Both the position numbers and the translations under genes were made by a program. DNA of 64,000 nucleotides, taken from assembly GCA_030765235.1 (NCBI GenBank), contig JAVCCW010000029.1:140939-204938 (forward strand), given 5' to 3'. The stretch comes from Candidatus Gorgyraea atricola. Its GTDB lineage: Bacteria; Omnitrophota; Gorgyraeia; Gorgyraeales; Gorgyraeaceae. The notes beneath the pieces were generated by a model. The model was not told where the DNA came from and did no database searches. It saw only the letters and a program-made list of their open reading frames with translations. Of this stretch, positions 49,431-59,226 are shown piece after piece (the first letter of the stretch is position 1; the number at the start of each line of letters is the position of its first letter).

Positions 49431-51631
49431 AATCCCAAATCCCAAATTCAAAATCCCAAATAAATCCCAAATCCCAAATCCCAAAACATGGTTGGGATTT
49501 TGAAATTGGGATTTATTTGGTAGTATTGGTATTATTGGGATTTGGGATTTTCGTGCATATTTTTTTTATGCCCGATGTAGCTAGCGCTCAAGAGGCCGCA
49601 CGGCCCGTAGAAGTAAACGGCGATCAGGTGGAGTATTTCCCAAAAGAAAAAAAGGTCACTGGTGTTGGCGACGTGTCTGTTGATTACGAGGACGTGAGAC
49701 TTACGTGCGATAAGATAACAGTGTACACAGAGACAAAAGACGCGGACGCGGAAGGGAATGTACTCATAAAGAGCCTGGCTAGCGAAATAAAGGGCGAGAG
49801 GGTAAAATATAATTTTGAAACTAAGGTAGGAGAAATATTAGAACCCAGGATAAAATCAGGCGAGTGGTATGCTGGAGGAGACAGGGCAGAGTTTGTCTCA
49901 GATGGTTCAATAAATGTCGGAGAGGGTTACATGACAAGCTGCGATCTCGACAAGCCGCACTATAAGATCAGCTCAAAGAATATCATAATATATCCTGACA
50001 ATAAGGTCGTGGCAAAGAATGTGATCTTCAAGGTCGGCAAGGTGCCGGTCGCGTATTTGCCGCGATATGATTATTCTCTGGATACAGACTGGCCCACAGT
50101 GGATGTGATCCCCGGTAAAAAGAAAAAATGGGGCGCATTTGCCCTTACCAGCTACAGGTATGCGTTGAACGAAGACAATAAGCTGACGCTCAGGCTGGAC
50201 GAAAGAGAGAAATGGGGATTTGGCGAGGGCATTGATTATAAATATGGATCCGGAGAGGTTGGCGAGGGTATTCTGCGGACATATTATACACATCAGAGAG
50301 ATAGGGATAGGGGCGAGGTTGGCATAAGGGCGGAAGAGGAAAGATTCAGGATACAGCTGCGGCATCGCTCAGATATAACTGATACAACAAGCGCCATAAT
50401 CGAATATCACGAGCTCAGTGACGTGGATTTCACAAAGGATTTTTTTTACAGGGAAGAGTATGACAGCGAATCATCACCTGAGTCATATTTTTATCTATTA
50501 GATACGCAGCCAGAGTATTCCCTGAGCCTTCTGGCGCGCAAAAGGATGAATCGATTTCAGAGCGTTGTTGAGCGCTTACCAGAAGCAAGGTTTGACCTTA
50601 AAGACCAGAAGATGTTTGATCTGCCAATCTACTTTAAAACAGACACGGCTTTTAGCAGTCTGAGCTCTAAGACAGGAAACAGCTCTACAGATAGCGATGT
50701 CATAAGATTTGATACATATAATAAGTTAAGCGCGCCTCTGCACCTCGTAGATTTCCTGAGTGTTTCACCTTTTGTTGGGACCCGGGGCACCTTTTATACC
50801 AAGGACATAGACGGTGACGAGGAAGAATTCAGGACAGCCTTTTACACAGGTGTAGACCTGAGTACAAAGTTCGCAAAGACATATGATGCATCAGGTAGTT
50901 TTCTCGGAGTTGATTTTGACAGGCTTCATCACGTCATTACTCCTACGATAGAATACGAGTATATACATGAGCCATCTATGACGCCGGGTAATCTGCAGCA
51001 GTTCGACGATATTGATAATGTAGAGAGAAAAAGCGCCTTTGGCCTGGGCTTTGAAAACAGGCTACAGACAAAGAGATTAGTCGATGGTAAATTAAGGACA
51101 GTAGATCTTGGATGGTTTTTATTGACAGGAGATTATCTGTATAAGCCGGAAAACGGTAGCCGTTTTTCAGATGTAAAAGGAGATCTGGAGCTTACACCTT
51201 TTGACTGGCTCAGGATAGAGTCAGATACAGAGTATGATCCTGCTACCAGAGATTTTCAGAGCTGGAATGTGGATTTGAATATCAATAAGAATGAAGACTG
51301 GCAGCTGGGGTTTGGTTCCAGGTACTGGCAGGATGAAGAACATGAACTTACCTCGCAATTATTCTATAGGCTGAATAATGAGTGGGCGGTCAGGCTTTTT
51401 GGCAGATATGATTTAAAGGAGGTCGAACCTGATGGCCATAAGATAATCAATAGGTTTGACACAAAGGAGATAACTGTTATAAAAGATTTACACTGCTGGA
51501 TAGCTGAGGCAAGTCTTGAGATAGGCAGGGATGGCGGCATAACTGCCTGGTTTACCATGAAGCTCAAGGCCTCCCCCAAAGTGCCCTTTGATTTTGGAGA
51601 CTACTATGCGTATCCAAAGGAGAAACCATGA
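49427..51631 (+). CDS. lptD: LPS-assembly protein LptD-like
   Basis: OstA-like N-domain, TSCDLDKPHY, C-terminal barrel ending KDLHCW. Confidence 0.8.
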   Translation: MKSQIPNSKSQINPKSQIPKHGWDFEIGIYLVVLVLLGFGIFVHIFFMPDVASAQEAARPVEVNGDQVEYFPKEKKVTGVGDVSVDYEDVRLTCDKITVYTETKDADAEGNVLIKSLASEIKGERVKYNFETKVGEILEPRIKSGEWYAGGDRAEFVSDGSINVGEGYMTSCDLDKPHYKISSKNIIIYPDNKVVAKNVIFKVGKVPVAYLPRYDYSLDTDWPTVDVIPGKKKKWGAFALTSYRYALNEDNKLTLRLDEREKWGFGEGIDYKYGSGEVGEGILRTYYTHQRDRDRGEVGIRAEEERFRIQLRHRSDITDTTSAIIEYHELSDVDFTKDFFYREEYDSESSPESYFYLLDTQPEYSLSLLARKRMNRFQSVVERLPEARFDLKDQKMFDLPIYFKTDTAFSSLSSKTGNSSTDSDVIRFDTYNKLSAPLHLVDFLSVSPFVGTRGTFYTKDIDGDEEEFRTAFYTGVDLSTKFAKTYDASGSFLGVDFDRLHHVITPTIEYEYIHEPSMTPGNLQQFDDIDNVERKSAFGLGFENRLQTKRLVDGKLRTVDLGWFLLTGDYLYKPENGSRFSDVKGDLELTPFDWLRIESDTEYDPATRDFQSWNVDLNINKNEDWQLGFGSRYWQDEEHELTSQLFYRLNNEWAVRLFGRYDLKEVEPDGHKIINRFDTKEITVIKDLHCWIAEASLEIGRDGGITAWFTMKLKASPKVPFDFGDYYAYPKEKP
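49430..49550. repeat. Inverted heptamer arrays (AAATCCC)n / (GGGATTT)n forming the 5' end of lptD
   Basis: Read directly. Confidence 0.85.
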
Positions 51632-52923
51632 ATATTTGTATAATCGGCGCAGGTTACGTGGGATTAGTGACAGGCGCGTGTTTTGCTGATCTAGGTCATA
51701 AAGTCATCTGCGTGGATAATGATAAGAAGAAGGTAGAGACGCTGAAAAGGTCAAAGATACCTTTTTATGAAAAAGGCCTCGGGGATATGGTGAGGAGAAA
51801 TATAAAGGCCGGGCGGTTATCTTTTACAGATAGCATAAAAGATGGCGTAAAGAAATCCCTTGTTATTTTTATTTGCGTTGGCACCCCGAGTCGACAAAAC
51901 GGAGAAGCTGACCTTTCGTACGTAGAGACAGTGGCAAAAGAGATCGCCGCGAACATGACTTCGTATCGCCTTATAGTCGAGAAAAGCACAGTCCCTGTTG
52001 AGACGGGAAAATGGGTAGAGCATACGATAAAGTTAAACATCAAGAAGAAAGTAAAGTTTGACGTTGCCTCTAATCCGGAATTTTTACGAGAGGGCACAGC
52101 GATACAGGATTTTTTGCATCCTGACAGGGTCGTAATAGGCGTAGGGTCTAAAAAGGCAGAGGAGATCCTTCTGGAATTATACAGGCGGATCAGCACAGAG
52201 ATCGTAGTGACTGACATAGCGAGCGCAGAGCTTATAAAACATGCCGCAAATTCTTTTCTTGCCACAAAAATATCTTTTATAAATTCAGTCGCGAATATCT
52301 GCGAGCGCACAGGAGCAGACATTAAAAAGGTAGCGCGCGGCATGGGCCTTGATGCCAGGATAGGAAGGGGCTTTCTAAATAGCGGCATAGGTTATGGAGG
52401 CTCGTGTTTTCCTAAGGATGTAGACGCGTTTATCCATATATCAGGTAAATTAGGATATGACTTTGGCATCCTTAAGGCCGCGAGAAAGGTAAACGAGGAG
52501 CAAAAGGCGCTTTTTGTCCGGAAGATCGAAGAAGCGCTCTGGATAGTGAAAGGCAAGACCATAGCTGTCCTGGGAGTTTCTTTTAAGCCAAATACCGATG
52601 ATATGAGAAGCGCTCCATCAATAGATATTATAAATTCTCTAAAAGAGGACGACGCTAAAGTAAGGGTCTATGATCCACAGGCAATGAAAAAGGCAAAGGC
52701 CGTAATAAAGGGAAAAGGCGTTACTTTTTGTAAGACCGCATATGATGCAGTCAAGAATAGCGATGCGCTTGTAATAGTTACAGAATGGCATGAGTTCGAA
52801 GTCCTGGATCTGAGTCGTATAAAGAGATCAATGAAGAATCCGTTAGTTATAGATGGGAGAAATATTTTTGAACCTGATAAGATGAAGAAGTTGGGATTTA
52901 AGTATATTTCAATAGGCAGATGA
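51628..52923 (+). CDS. ugd: UDP-glucose 6-dehydrogenase
   Basis: GAGYVG, KSTVP, NPEFLREG, GYGGSCFPKD, FKPNTDD.R. Confidence 0.93.
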   Translation: MNICIIGAGYVGLVTGACFADLGHKVICVDNDKKKVETLKRSKIPFYEKGLGDMVRRNIKAGRLSFTDSIKDGVKKSLVIFICVGTPSRQNGEADLSYVETVAKEIAANMTSYRLIVEKSTVPVETGKWVEHTIKLNIKKKVKFDVASNPEFLREGTAIQDFLHPDRVVIGVGSKKAEEILLELYRRISTEIVVTDIASAELIKHAANSFLATKISFINSVANICERTGADIKKVARGMGLDARIGRGFLNSGIGYGGSCFPKDVDAFIHISGKLGYDFGILKAARKVNEEQKALFVRKIEEALWIVKGKTIAVLGVSFKPNTDDMRSAPSIDIINSLKEDDAKVRVYDPQAMKKAKAVIKGKGVTFCKTAYDAVKNSDALVIVTEWHEFEVLDLSRIKRSMKNPLVIDGRNIFEPDKMKKLGFKYISIGR

Positions 52924-53366
52924 TAAAAGACGTTAAGATAAAAAAACTCAAGTTAATTCCTGATGAGCGGGGCAGGCTCATGGAGATCCTTCGTTCAGAT
53001 GATGAGATATTTCAGCGGTTCGGCCAGGTGTATATGACGACTGCTTATCCTGGAGTAATAAAGGCATGGCATTATCATAAAAAACAGGATGATCATTTTA
53101 CATGCATATCCGGTACAATGCGGCTCGCGCTTTATGATGCACGCAAGGATTCTGATACATATAAAGAAGTTAACGAGTTTATTGTAGGTCTGGACGATCC
53201 TATGCTGGTCAAGATACCAAAATGCGTATACCATGGATTCAAGTGCGTTAGCGACAAAGAGGCAATTGTAATAAATACGCCCACACTGCCATATAACAGC
53301 AAAGAACCAGACGAATACCGTGTGGACGCGTTTGAGAATGATATTCCTTATGATTGGAGGAAATGA
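52920..53366 (+). CDS. rmlC: dTDP-4-dehydrorhamnose 3,5-epimerase family protein
   Basis: DERG, KAWHYH, D.RKDS.T, HGF. Confidence 0.82.
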   Translation: MIKDVKIKKLKLIPDERGRLMEILRSDDEIFQRFGQVYMTTAYPGVIKAWHYHKKQDDHFTCISGTMRLALYDARKDSDTYKEVNEFIVGLDDPMLVKIPKCVYHGFKCVSDKEAIVINTPTLPYNSKEPDEYRVDAFENDIPYDWRK

Positions 53367-54088
53367 TAATGAAGGGTGTAATATTAGCTGGAGGACTCGG
53401 TAAGCGACTTGAACCCTTGACTCGGATCACAAACAAGCATCTTTTGCCTGTGTATGATAAGCCCATGATATATTATCCTATACAGACTCTTGTGGAAGCG
53501 GGAATAAAGGATATCCTTATTGTTACTGGCGAGAATCATGCAGGCGAGTTCTTAAGGCTATTAGGCAATGGCAAAGAATTCGGCTTAAAGCATATAAATT
53601 ATATTTACCAAAAGGGCGAGGGGGGTATTGCAGAGGCGTTGGGCCTTGCAGAACATTTTGTAGATAATGGCAAGGTGATAGTGGTTCTTGGCGATAATAT
53701 CATTGAAAAATCAATAAAGCAACATATCGAAGATTTTAAAAAACAACAAAAAGGCGCGAAGATCCTTATAAAGGAAGTGGATGACCCTGAGAGATTTGGC
53801 GTGCCTGAGCTAAAAAATGACAAGATCGTAAAAATAGAAGAAAAACCAAAAAGGCCTAAATCAAAATACGCTGTCACAGGCATTTACATGTATGATACAA
53901 GGGTCTTTGAGATAATAAAGACATTGAAGCCATCTGATAGAGGCGAGCTTGAGATCACGGATGTGAATAATGATTATATTACTCGCAGCGAGATGACGTT
54001 TTCTGTTTTAGATGGCTGGTGGACAGACTGCGGCACGCACGAGTCGCTACTGAGTGCGAGCAATCTAGTGGAGAAAAAAGTTAAATGA
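53363..54088 (+). CDS. rmlA: Glucose-1-phosphate thymidylyltransferase
   Basis: LAGGLG.RL.PLT, NKHLLPVYDKPMIYYP, RGELEITD. Confidence 0.9.
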   Translation: MIMKGVILAGGLGKRLEPLTRITNKHLLPVYDKPMIYYPIQTLVEAGIKDILIVTGENHAGEFLRLLGNGKEFGLKHINYIYQKGEGGIAEALGLAEHFVDNGKVIVVLGDNIIEKSIKQHIEDFKKQQKGAKILIKEVDDPERFGVPELKNDKIVKIEEKPKRPKSKYAVTGIYMYDTRVFEIIKTLKPSDRGELEITDVNNDYITRSEMTFSVLDGWWTDCGTHESLLSASNLVEKKVK

Positions 54089-55038
54089 GATTATTGATTA
54101 CAGGTGGGTGCGGGTTTATTGGATCTAATTTCATTCGCTATATGCTCAAGAAGCACCCATCTTACAGGATTATAAATCTGGATAAGCTTACATATTGCGG
54201 TCGCCGGGAAAATCTCAAGGATGTTGAAAGGGATAAGCGCTATACATTTGTAAAGGGCGATATCTGCAACGAGAAGCTGGTCGCTAAATCAATGAAGAAT
54301 TGTGACGCTGTGATAAACTTCGCAGCTGAATCGCATGTCGATAGATCTATTAGCGATGCCTCGGATTTCATCCGCACTAATGTGCACGGCGTGCAGGTAC
54401 TTTTGGACGCTGCGAGAAAAAATAGAATTAAGAAATTCATTCAGATCTCAACAGATGAAACATACGGCAGCATTAAAAGAGGTTCTTTTAAGGAGACGAG
54501 CCTCTTACATCCTAACAGTCCTTATGCTGCATCTAAGGCAGGCGGAGACCATCTGGCATTGGCGTACTATACGACATTTAAGACACCTGTTATTGTCACA
54601 AGGAGCAGCAATAATTTTGGGCCATACCAGTTTCCTGAAAAGGTAATGCCACTTTTTATTACAAACCTCCTGGAGAACAAAAAGGTGCCTCTTTATGGAG
54701 ATGGGATGAATGTGCGTGACTGGTTGTATGTCCTGGACAACTGCAGGGCCATAGATGTAATTTTACATAGGGGTAAGAACGGTGAGATCTATAATATCGG
54801 CGGCAGTTATGAGATACCTAATATAAAACTCACGCGCATGATATTAAAACTCCTGGGCAAATCCAGCAGGATGATAAAATATGTGCCTGACAGACTTGGC
54901 CATGACAGACGCTATTCTCTAAGTTCATCAAAGATAAAAAGGCTTGGCTGGCAACCAACAAAGGATTTTAACGCGGCAATAAAAGAGACAATTGAATGGT
55001 ACAAGGACAATAAATCGTGGTGGAAGAGGCTAAAATGA
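54085..55038 (+). CDS. rmlB: dTDP-glucose 4,6-dehydratase
   Basis: GGCGFIG, DKLTY, AAESHVDRSI, STDE, YAASK, DRLGHDRRY. Confidence 0.95.
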   Translation: MRLLITGGCGFIGSNFIRYMLKKHPSYRIINLDKLTYCGRRENLKDVERDKRYTFVKGDICNEKLVAKSMKNCDAVINFAAESHVDRSISDASDFIRTNVHGVQVLLDAARKNRIKKFIQISTDETYGSIKRGSFKETSLLHPNSPYAASKAGGDHLALAYYTTFKTPVIVTRSSNNFGPYQFPEKVMPLFITNLLENKKVPLYGDGMNVRDWLYVLDNCRAIDVILHRGKNGEIYNIGGSYEIPNIKLTRMILKLLGKSSRMIKYVPDRLGHDRRYSLSSSKIKRLGWQPTKDFNAAIKETIEWYKDNKSWWKRLK

Positions 55039-56339
55039 TAAACCAATTGAAATCTAAAATTACAGACAAGAGCGCGAATATCGGCATAATCGGACTTGGT
55101 TATGTGGGGCTTCCGCTTGCAGTAGAATTCGCAAAGGCAGGATTCAGTGTGACAGGTTTTGACGCTGATAATGAAAAGCTCTCCCAGATTCACAAGGGGG
55201 AATCTTATATATTGGATGTTTCGTCAAAGGATGTAAGGGATTTAACCTCGTCCAAAAAATTAATTGCCACGCCTGACAAGGCCTTGCTTAACAAGATGGA
55301 CGCGATTATTATCTGTGTGCCTACGCCTCTTCGCAAGACAAAGGAACCAGATATCTCATTCATACTTTCAGCTGCAGAGGATATAGTAGCCAGTCTCAGA
55401 AAAGGTCAACTCGTAGTACTTGAGAGTACGACCTATCCAGGCACTACTGATGAAGTAATACTCGCTAAGTTAGGCGCAGACAGCTTAAAAGTTGGAAAGG
55501 ATTTTTTTCTCGCGTTTTCTCCTGAGAGAGTAGACCCTGGAAATCCAAAATACAAGACAAAGGACATCCCGAAAGTAGTTGGAGGTGTTACTGAGACATG
55601 CACTGAACTTACAAAGCTTTTGTATTCTCAGATAATTAAAGAGGTGATTCCTGTATCCAGCACGCGTTCAGCAGAGATGGTAAAACTTCTTGAAAATACA
55701 TTTCGCGCTGTAAACATAGGCCTTATTAATGAACTGGCCCTTATGTGCAATAAGATGAATCTTGATATCTGGGAAATCATAGACGCTGCCAAGACAAAAC
55801 CATTCGGGTTTATGCCGTTTTATCCTGGCCCTGGCTGGGGAGGGCATTGCATTCCGTGCGATCCAATATATCTTTCGTGGAAGGCGAGACTACATGGTTT
55901 TGAAGCAAGATTTATAGAGCTGGCAGCAGAGATAAACTCTTATATGCCGCATCATGTCGTAGAGAAAATTTCAGATGGATTAAACAACCAGAAGAAGGCC
56001 CTGAAGGGCTCAAAGATCCTTATAATAGGTATCACATATAAGAAAGACATCAATGATATGAGGGAATCGCCTTCACTCGCGATAATAAATGCGCTTATTG
56101 AAAAAGAGGCAAAGGTTCAGTATCATGATCCCCTGGTGCCGAGTTTTAAAATAGATGGATTAAAGCTCGACTCTGTAGATTTGACAAAAGAAAATATCTC
56201 TTCAAGCGATTGTGCCGTACTTGTTACAGATCACACGTCACTGAATTATAGACTGATAGCGGATAACGCAAAACTGATCCTTGATACTCGCAATGCGTTG
56301 AAAGAGTTTAAAAAGAATGGGAATGTAATAACTTTATAG
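55035..56339 (+). CDS. Nucleotide-sugar (UDP-GlcNAc-type) 6-dehydrogenase
   Basis: GLGYVGLP, LESTTYPGTT, KLLENTFRAVNI, GGHCIP. Confidence 0.9.
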   Translation: MINQLKSKITDKSANIGIIGLGYVGLPLAVEFAKAGFSVTGFDADNEKLSQIHKGESYILDVSSKDVRDLTSSKKLIATPDKALLNKMDAIIICVPTPLRKTKEPDISFILSAAEDIVASLRKGQLVVLESTTYPGTTDEVILAKLGADSLKVGKDFFLAFSPERVDPGNPKYKTKDIPKVVGGVTETCTELTKLLYSQIIKEVIPVSSTRSAEMVKLLENTFRAVNIGLINELALMCNKMNLDIWEIIDAAKTKPFGFMPFYPGPGWGGHCIPCDPIYLSWKARLHGFEARFIELAAEINSYMPHHVVEKISDGLNNQKKALKGSKILIIGITYKKDINDMRESPSLAIINALIEKEAKVQYHDPLVPSFKIDGLKLDSVDLTKENISSSDCAVLVTDHTSLNYRLIADNAKLILDTRNALKEFKKNGNVITL

Positions 56340-56351
56340 AGAGGATAGGTT

Positions 56352-57296
56352 ATGAAATTTTTAGTTACAGGCGGCGCAGGTTTTATTGGGTCGCATATTG
56401 TTGAAAGTTTAGTAAATAATGGCGATAAAGTGACAGTTATCGATGATTTAAGTTCAGGTCAGCTTAGAAACTTAGAATCTGTAAGAGGTAAGATAAAGTT
56501 TGTAAAGGCGGATATAAGGGACAAGGGACAAGGGACATGGGACATGCAGGGGATTGATTATGTTTTGCACCAGGCAGCATTGAGGAGTGTACCAAAGTCA
56601 CTTGGGAATCCAAAACTTTACAATGATGTAAACATAAACGGGACCTTGAATATCCTGACCGCGGCAAAAGATGCAAAGGTAAAAAGAGTGGTATTTGCCT
56701 CCTCAAGCTCTATCTACGGAGAGACAAAGACGCTCCCTAACAAAGAAGATTTTTACCCGCTTTTGATATCGCCTTACGCTCTTACAAAGCTGGCAGGTGA
56801 ATACTACTGCAGGATCTTCAGTGAGATATATGGACTGGAGACAGCAAGCCTTCGTTATTTCAATGTGTTCGGGCCAAGGCAGAGCCTTGAGAATGAATAT
56901 GCTGTTGTTATACCGAAGTTTATAACCTGCATACTAAAAGATGAACAGCCGCCTGTTCATGGTGACGGCAAACAGACACGTGACTTCACATATGTAGAAA
57001 ATGTTGTTCAGGCCAATATTAAAGCTGCCACAATGCCAGGCGTAAAATGTGAGGTTTTTAACATCGCTTGTGGAAAGGCATACACAGTTCTTGATATAGT
57101 CAAATACACAAATAAGATCCTCAAAAAAGACATAAAACCAAAGCTAGATCCAGTGAGACCAGGGGATGTAAAACATACACTCGCAGACATAAGCAAGGCA
57201 AAGAAACTCATAAAATTTGATCCTAAGGTTAGTTTTGAAGAGGGGCTTGCGAAGACGGTAGAGTATTTTTCTAGACTCCATGTAGGCCAGGTTTAA
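56352..57296 (+). CDS. NAD-dependent epimerase (WbpP/GalE-like)
   Basis: GGAGFIG, HQAALRSVP, YALTK, LRYFNVFGPRQ. Confidence 0.9.
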   Translation: MKFLVTGGAGFIGSHIVESLVNNGDKVTVIDDLSSGQLRNLESVRGKIKFVKADIRDKGQGTWDMQGIDYVLHQAALRSVPKSLGNPKLYNDVNINGTLNILTAAKDAKVKRVVFASSSSIYGETKTLPNKEDFYPLLISPYALTKLAGEYYCRIFSEIYGLETASLRYFNVFGPRQSLENEYAVVIPKFITCILKDEQPPVHGDGKQTRDFTYVENVVQANIKAATMPGVKCEVFNIACGKAYTVLDIVKYTNKILKKDIKPKLDPVRPGDVKHTLADISKAKKLIKFDPKVSFEEGLAKTVEYFSRLHVGQV

Positions 57297-57307
57297 ACCT
57301 GGCCTAC
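57282..57307. repeat. GTAG-REP palindrome supplying the epimerase stop codon
   Basis: GTAGGCCAGGTT-TAA-ACCTGGCCTAC. Confidence 0.85.
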
Positions 57308-57331
57308 TGCTACTGCTAAAAAGGAGAGGCA

Positions 57332-58303
57332 ATGAAGAAGGCACTCATAACAGGCATCACCGGACAGGATGGCGTGTATTTATCAAGGCTGCTGCTGGAA
57401 AAGGGCTACGAGGTCCATGGTATTGTCAGGCGCGTTGCGCTGGAAGATCCCGAGCATCGTCTGTGGCGCATAAAGGATGTGTTAAAAAAAATAAAGCTCC
57501 ATTCAGGTTCTCTTGAGAGCTACGCGAGTTTATTTGATGTGGTGGAAAAAGTAAAGCCTGACGAATGCTATCATTTGGGCGCGCAGAGTTTTGTGAGTTA
57601 TTCTTTCGAAGATGAATTCTCTACTATAAGTACCAATATAAACGGTACGCATTACGTACTCTCCGCGATAAAAAATAGGGCGCCCAAGTGCAAGTTTTAT
57701 TTTGCCGCGTCGAGCGAAATGTTTGGCCAGGTAAGAGAAGTGCCGCAGAAGGAGACCACGCCTTTTCATCCACGTTCGCCTTACGGAATTTCCAAGGTGG
57801 CTGGTTTTGATCTAACCCGTAATTATCGCGAGGCCTACGGCCTCTTTGCATGCAATGGCATACTTTTTAACCACGAATCTCCCATGCGCGGTTATGAATT
57901 TGTAACGCGTAAGATATCAAGAGGTGTTGCCAGGATAAAAAAGGGCATTGCTAAAGAATTACGTCTCGGCAACCTGGACGCTAAGAGGGATTGGGGTTTT
58001 GCGGGAGATTATGTCGAAGCAATGTATTTAATGCTCCAGCAGGATAAACCTGACGACTATGTGATAGCTACAGGCGAGACGCATACGGTCAAGGAATTCG
58101 CAGAACTTGCCTTTAAACATGCGGGGCTTAACTGGAAAGATCATGTAAAGGTAGATGAATCATTATTTCGTCCTGCCGAGGTCCATGAGCTCAGAGGCGA
58201 CTGCGCTAAAGCCAAAAAAACATTAAACTGGAAACCAAAGGTCAATTTTGAAGAATTGGTCAGGATGATGGTGGCTGAGGATTTAAAAAGGATCAAGACA
58301 TGA
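57332..58303 (+). CDS. gmd: GDP-mannose 4,6-dehydratase
   Basis: GITGQDG, PRSPYG.SK, LFNHESP, FVTRKI, KRDWG. Confidence 0.95.
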   Translation: MKKALITGITGQDGVYLSRLLLEKGYEVHGIVRRVALEDPEHRLWRIKDVLKKIKLHSGSLESYASLFDVVEKVKPDECYHLGAQSFVSYSFEDEFSTISTNINGTHYVLSAIKNRAPKCKFYFAASSEMFGQVREVPQKETTPFHPRSPYGISKVAGFDLTRNYREAYGLFACNGILFNHESPMRGYEFVTRKISRGVARIKKGIAKELRLGNLDAKRDWGFAGDYVEAMYLMLQQDKPDDYVIATGETHTVKEFAELAFKHAGLNWKDHVKVDESLFRPAEVHELRGDCAKAKKTLNWKPKVNFEELVRMMVAEDLKRIKT

Positions 58304-59226
58304 CAAAGACGATTTTAATTACAGGCGGCGCGGGTTTTTTAGGTTCACATCTAAGCGATCGTTTTCTTAAAGAAGGTTATAAGGTTATCTGCATGGATAA
58401 TCTTATAACAGGCAGCCTTTCAAATGTTTCTCATCTTGAAAAAGATCCAAAATTTAGATTTATAAAACATGATATCTCAAAGTATATAGATATTGACGAG
58501 AAAATAGACATTATCCTGCACTTTGCCTCCCCTGCAAGTCCGATAGATTATCTGAAGTATCCTATACAGACGCTTAAGGTCGGTTCATTGGGTACACACA
58601 ATGCACTTGGTGTTGCAAAAGCAAAAAAGGCTTCGTTTCTACTTGCCTCTACCTCTGAGGTCTATGGAGATCCAAAAGTCCACCCTCAGCCAGAGACTTA
58701 TTATGGCCATGTGAATTGCATCGGGCCACGTGGAGTTTACGATGAGGCCAAGCGTTTCGCGGAGGCGATTACTATGGCCTATCATAAGACACACGGCCTT
58801 GATACTCATATAGTGCGCATATTTAATACATATGGGCCGCGGATGCGAAAGAAGGATGGCAGGGCAATCCCTAATTTTATAAGCCAGGCGTTAAAAAATG
58901 AGCCGATAACCGTATATGGCAAGGGTTCTCAGACCAGGAGTTTTTGTTTTGCCTCAGATCTGATAGAGGGGATCTATTTATTGAGCCAGTCTGATATCCA
59001 TGATCCTGTAAATATAGGTAATCCTGTCGAATTAAGCATCATAGACCTTGCCAAAAAAATAATAAAACTCACGCGAAGTAAAAGTAAGATTATACACAAG
59101 GATCTTCCGGAAGACGACCCAAAGGTAAGACAGCCAGACATAACCAGGGCAACAAAACTTCTTAAGTGGAAACCAAAGATAAAACTAGAAAAGGGATTAA
59201 AAGAGACTATCGAGTGGTTCGCCTAG
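58300..59226 (+). CDS. UDP-glucuronate decarboxylase family protein
   Basis: [33 protein letters not shown]. Confidence 0.92.
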   Translation: MTKTILITGGAGFLGSHLSDRFLKEGYKVICMDNLITGSLSNVSHLEKDPKFRFIKHDISKYIDIDEKIDIILHFASPASPIDYLKYPIQTLKVGSLGTHNALGVAKAKKASFLLASTSEVYGDPKVHPQPETYYGHVNCIGPRGVYDEAKRFAEAITMAYHKTHGLDTHIVRIFNTYGPRMRKKDGRAIPNFISQALKNEPITVYGKGSQTRSFCFASDLIEGIYLLSQSDIHDPVNIGNPVELSIIDLAKKIIKLTRSKSKIIHKDLPEDDPKVRQPDITRATKLLKWKPKIKLEKGLKETIEWFA

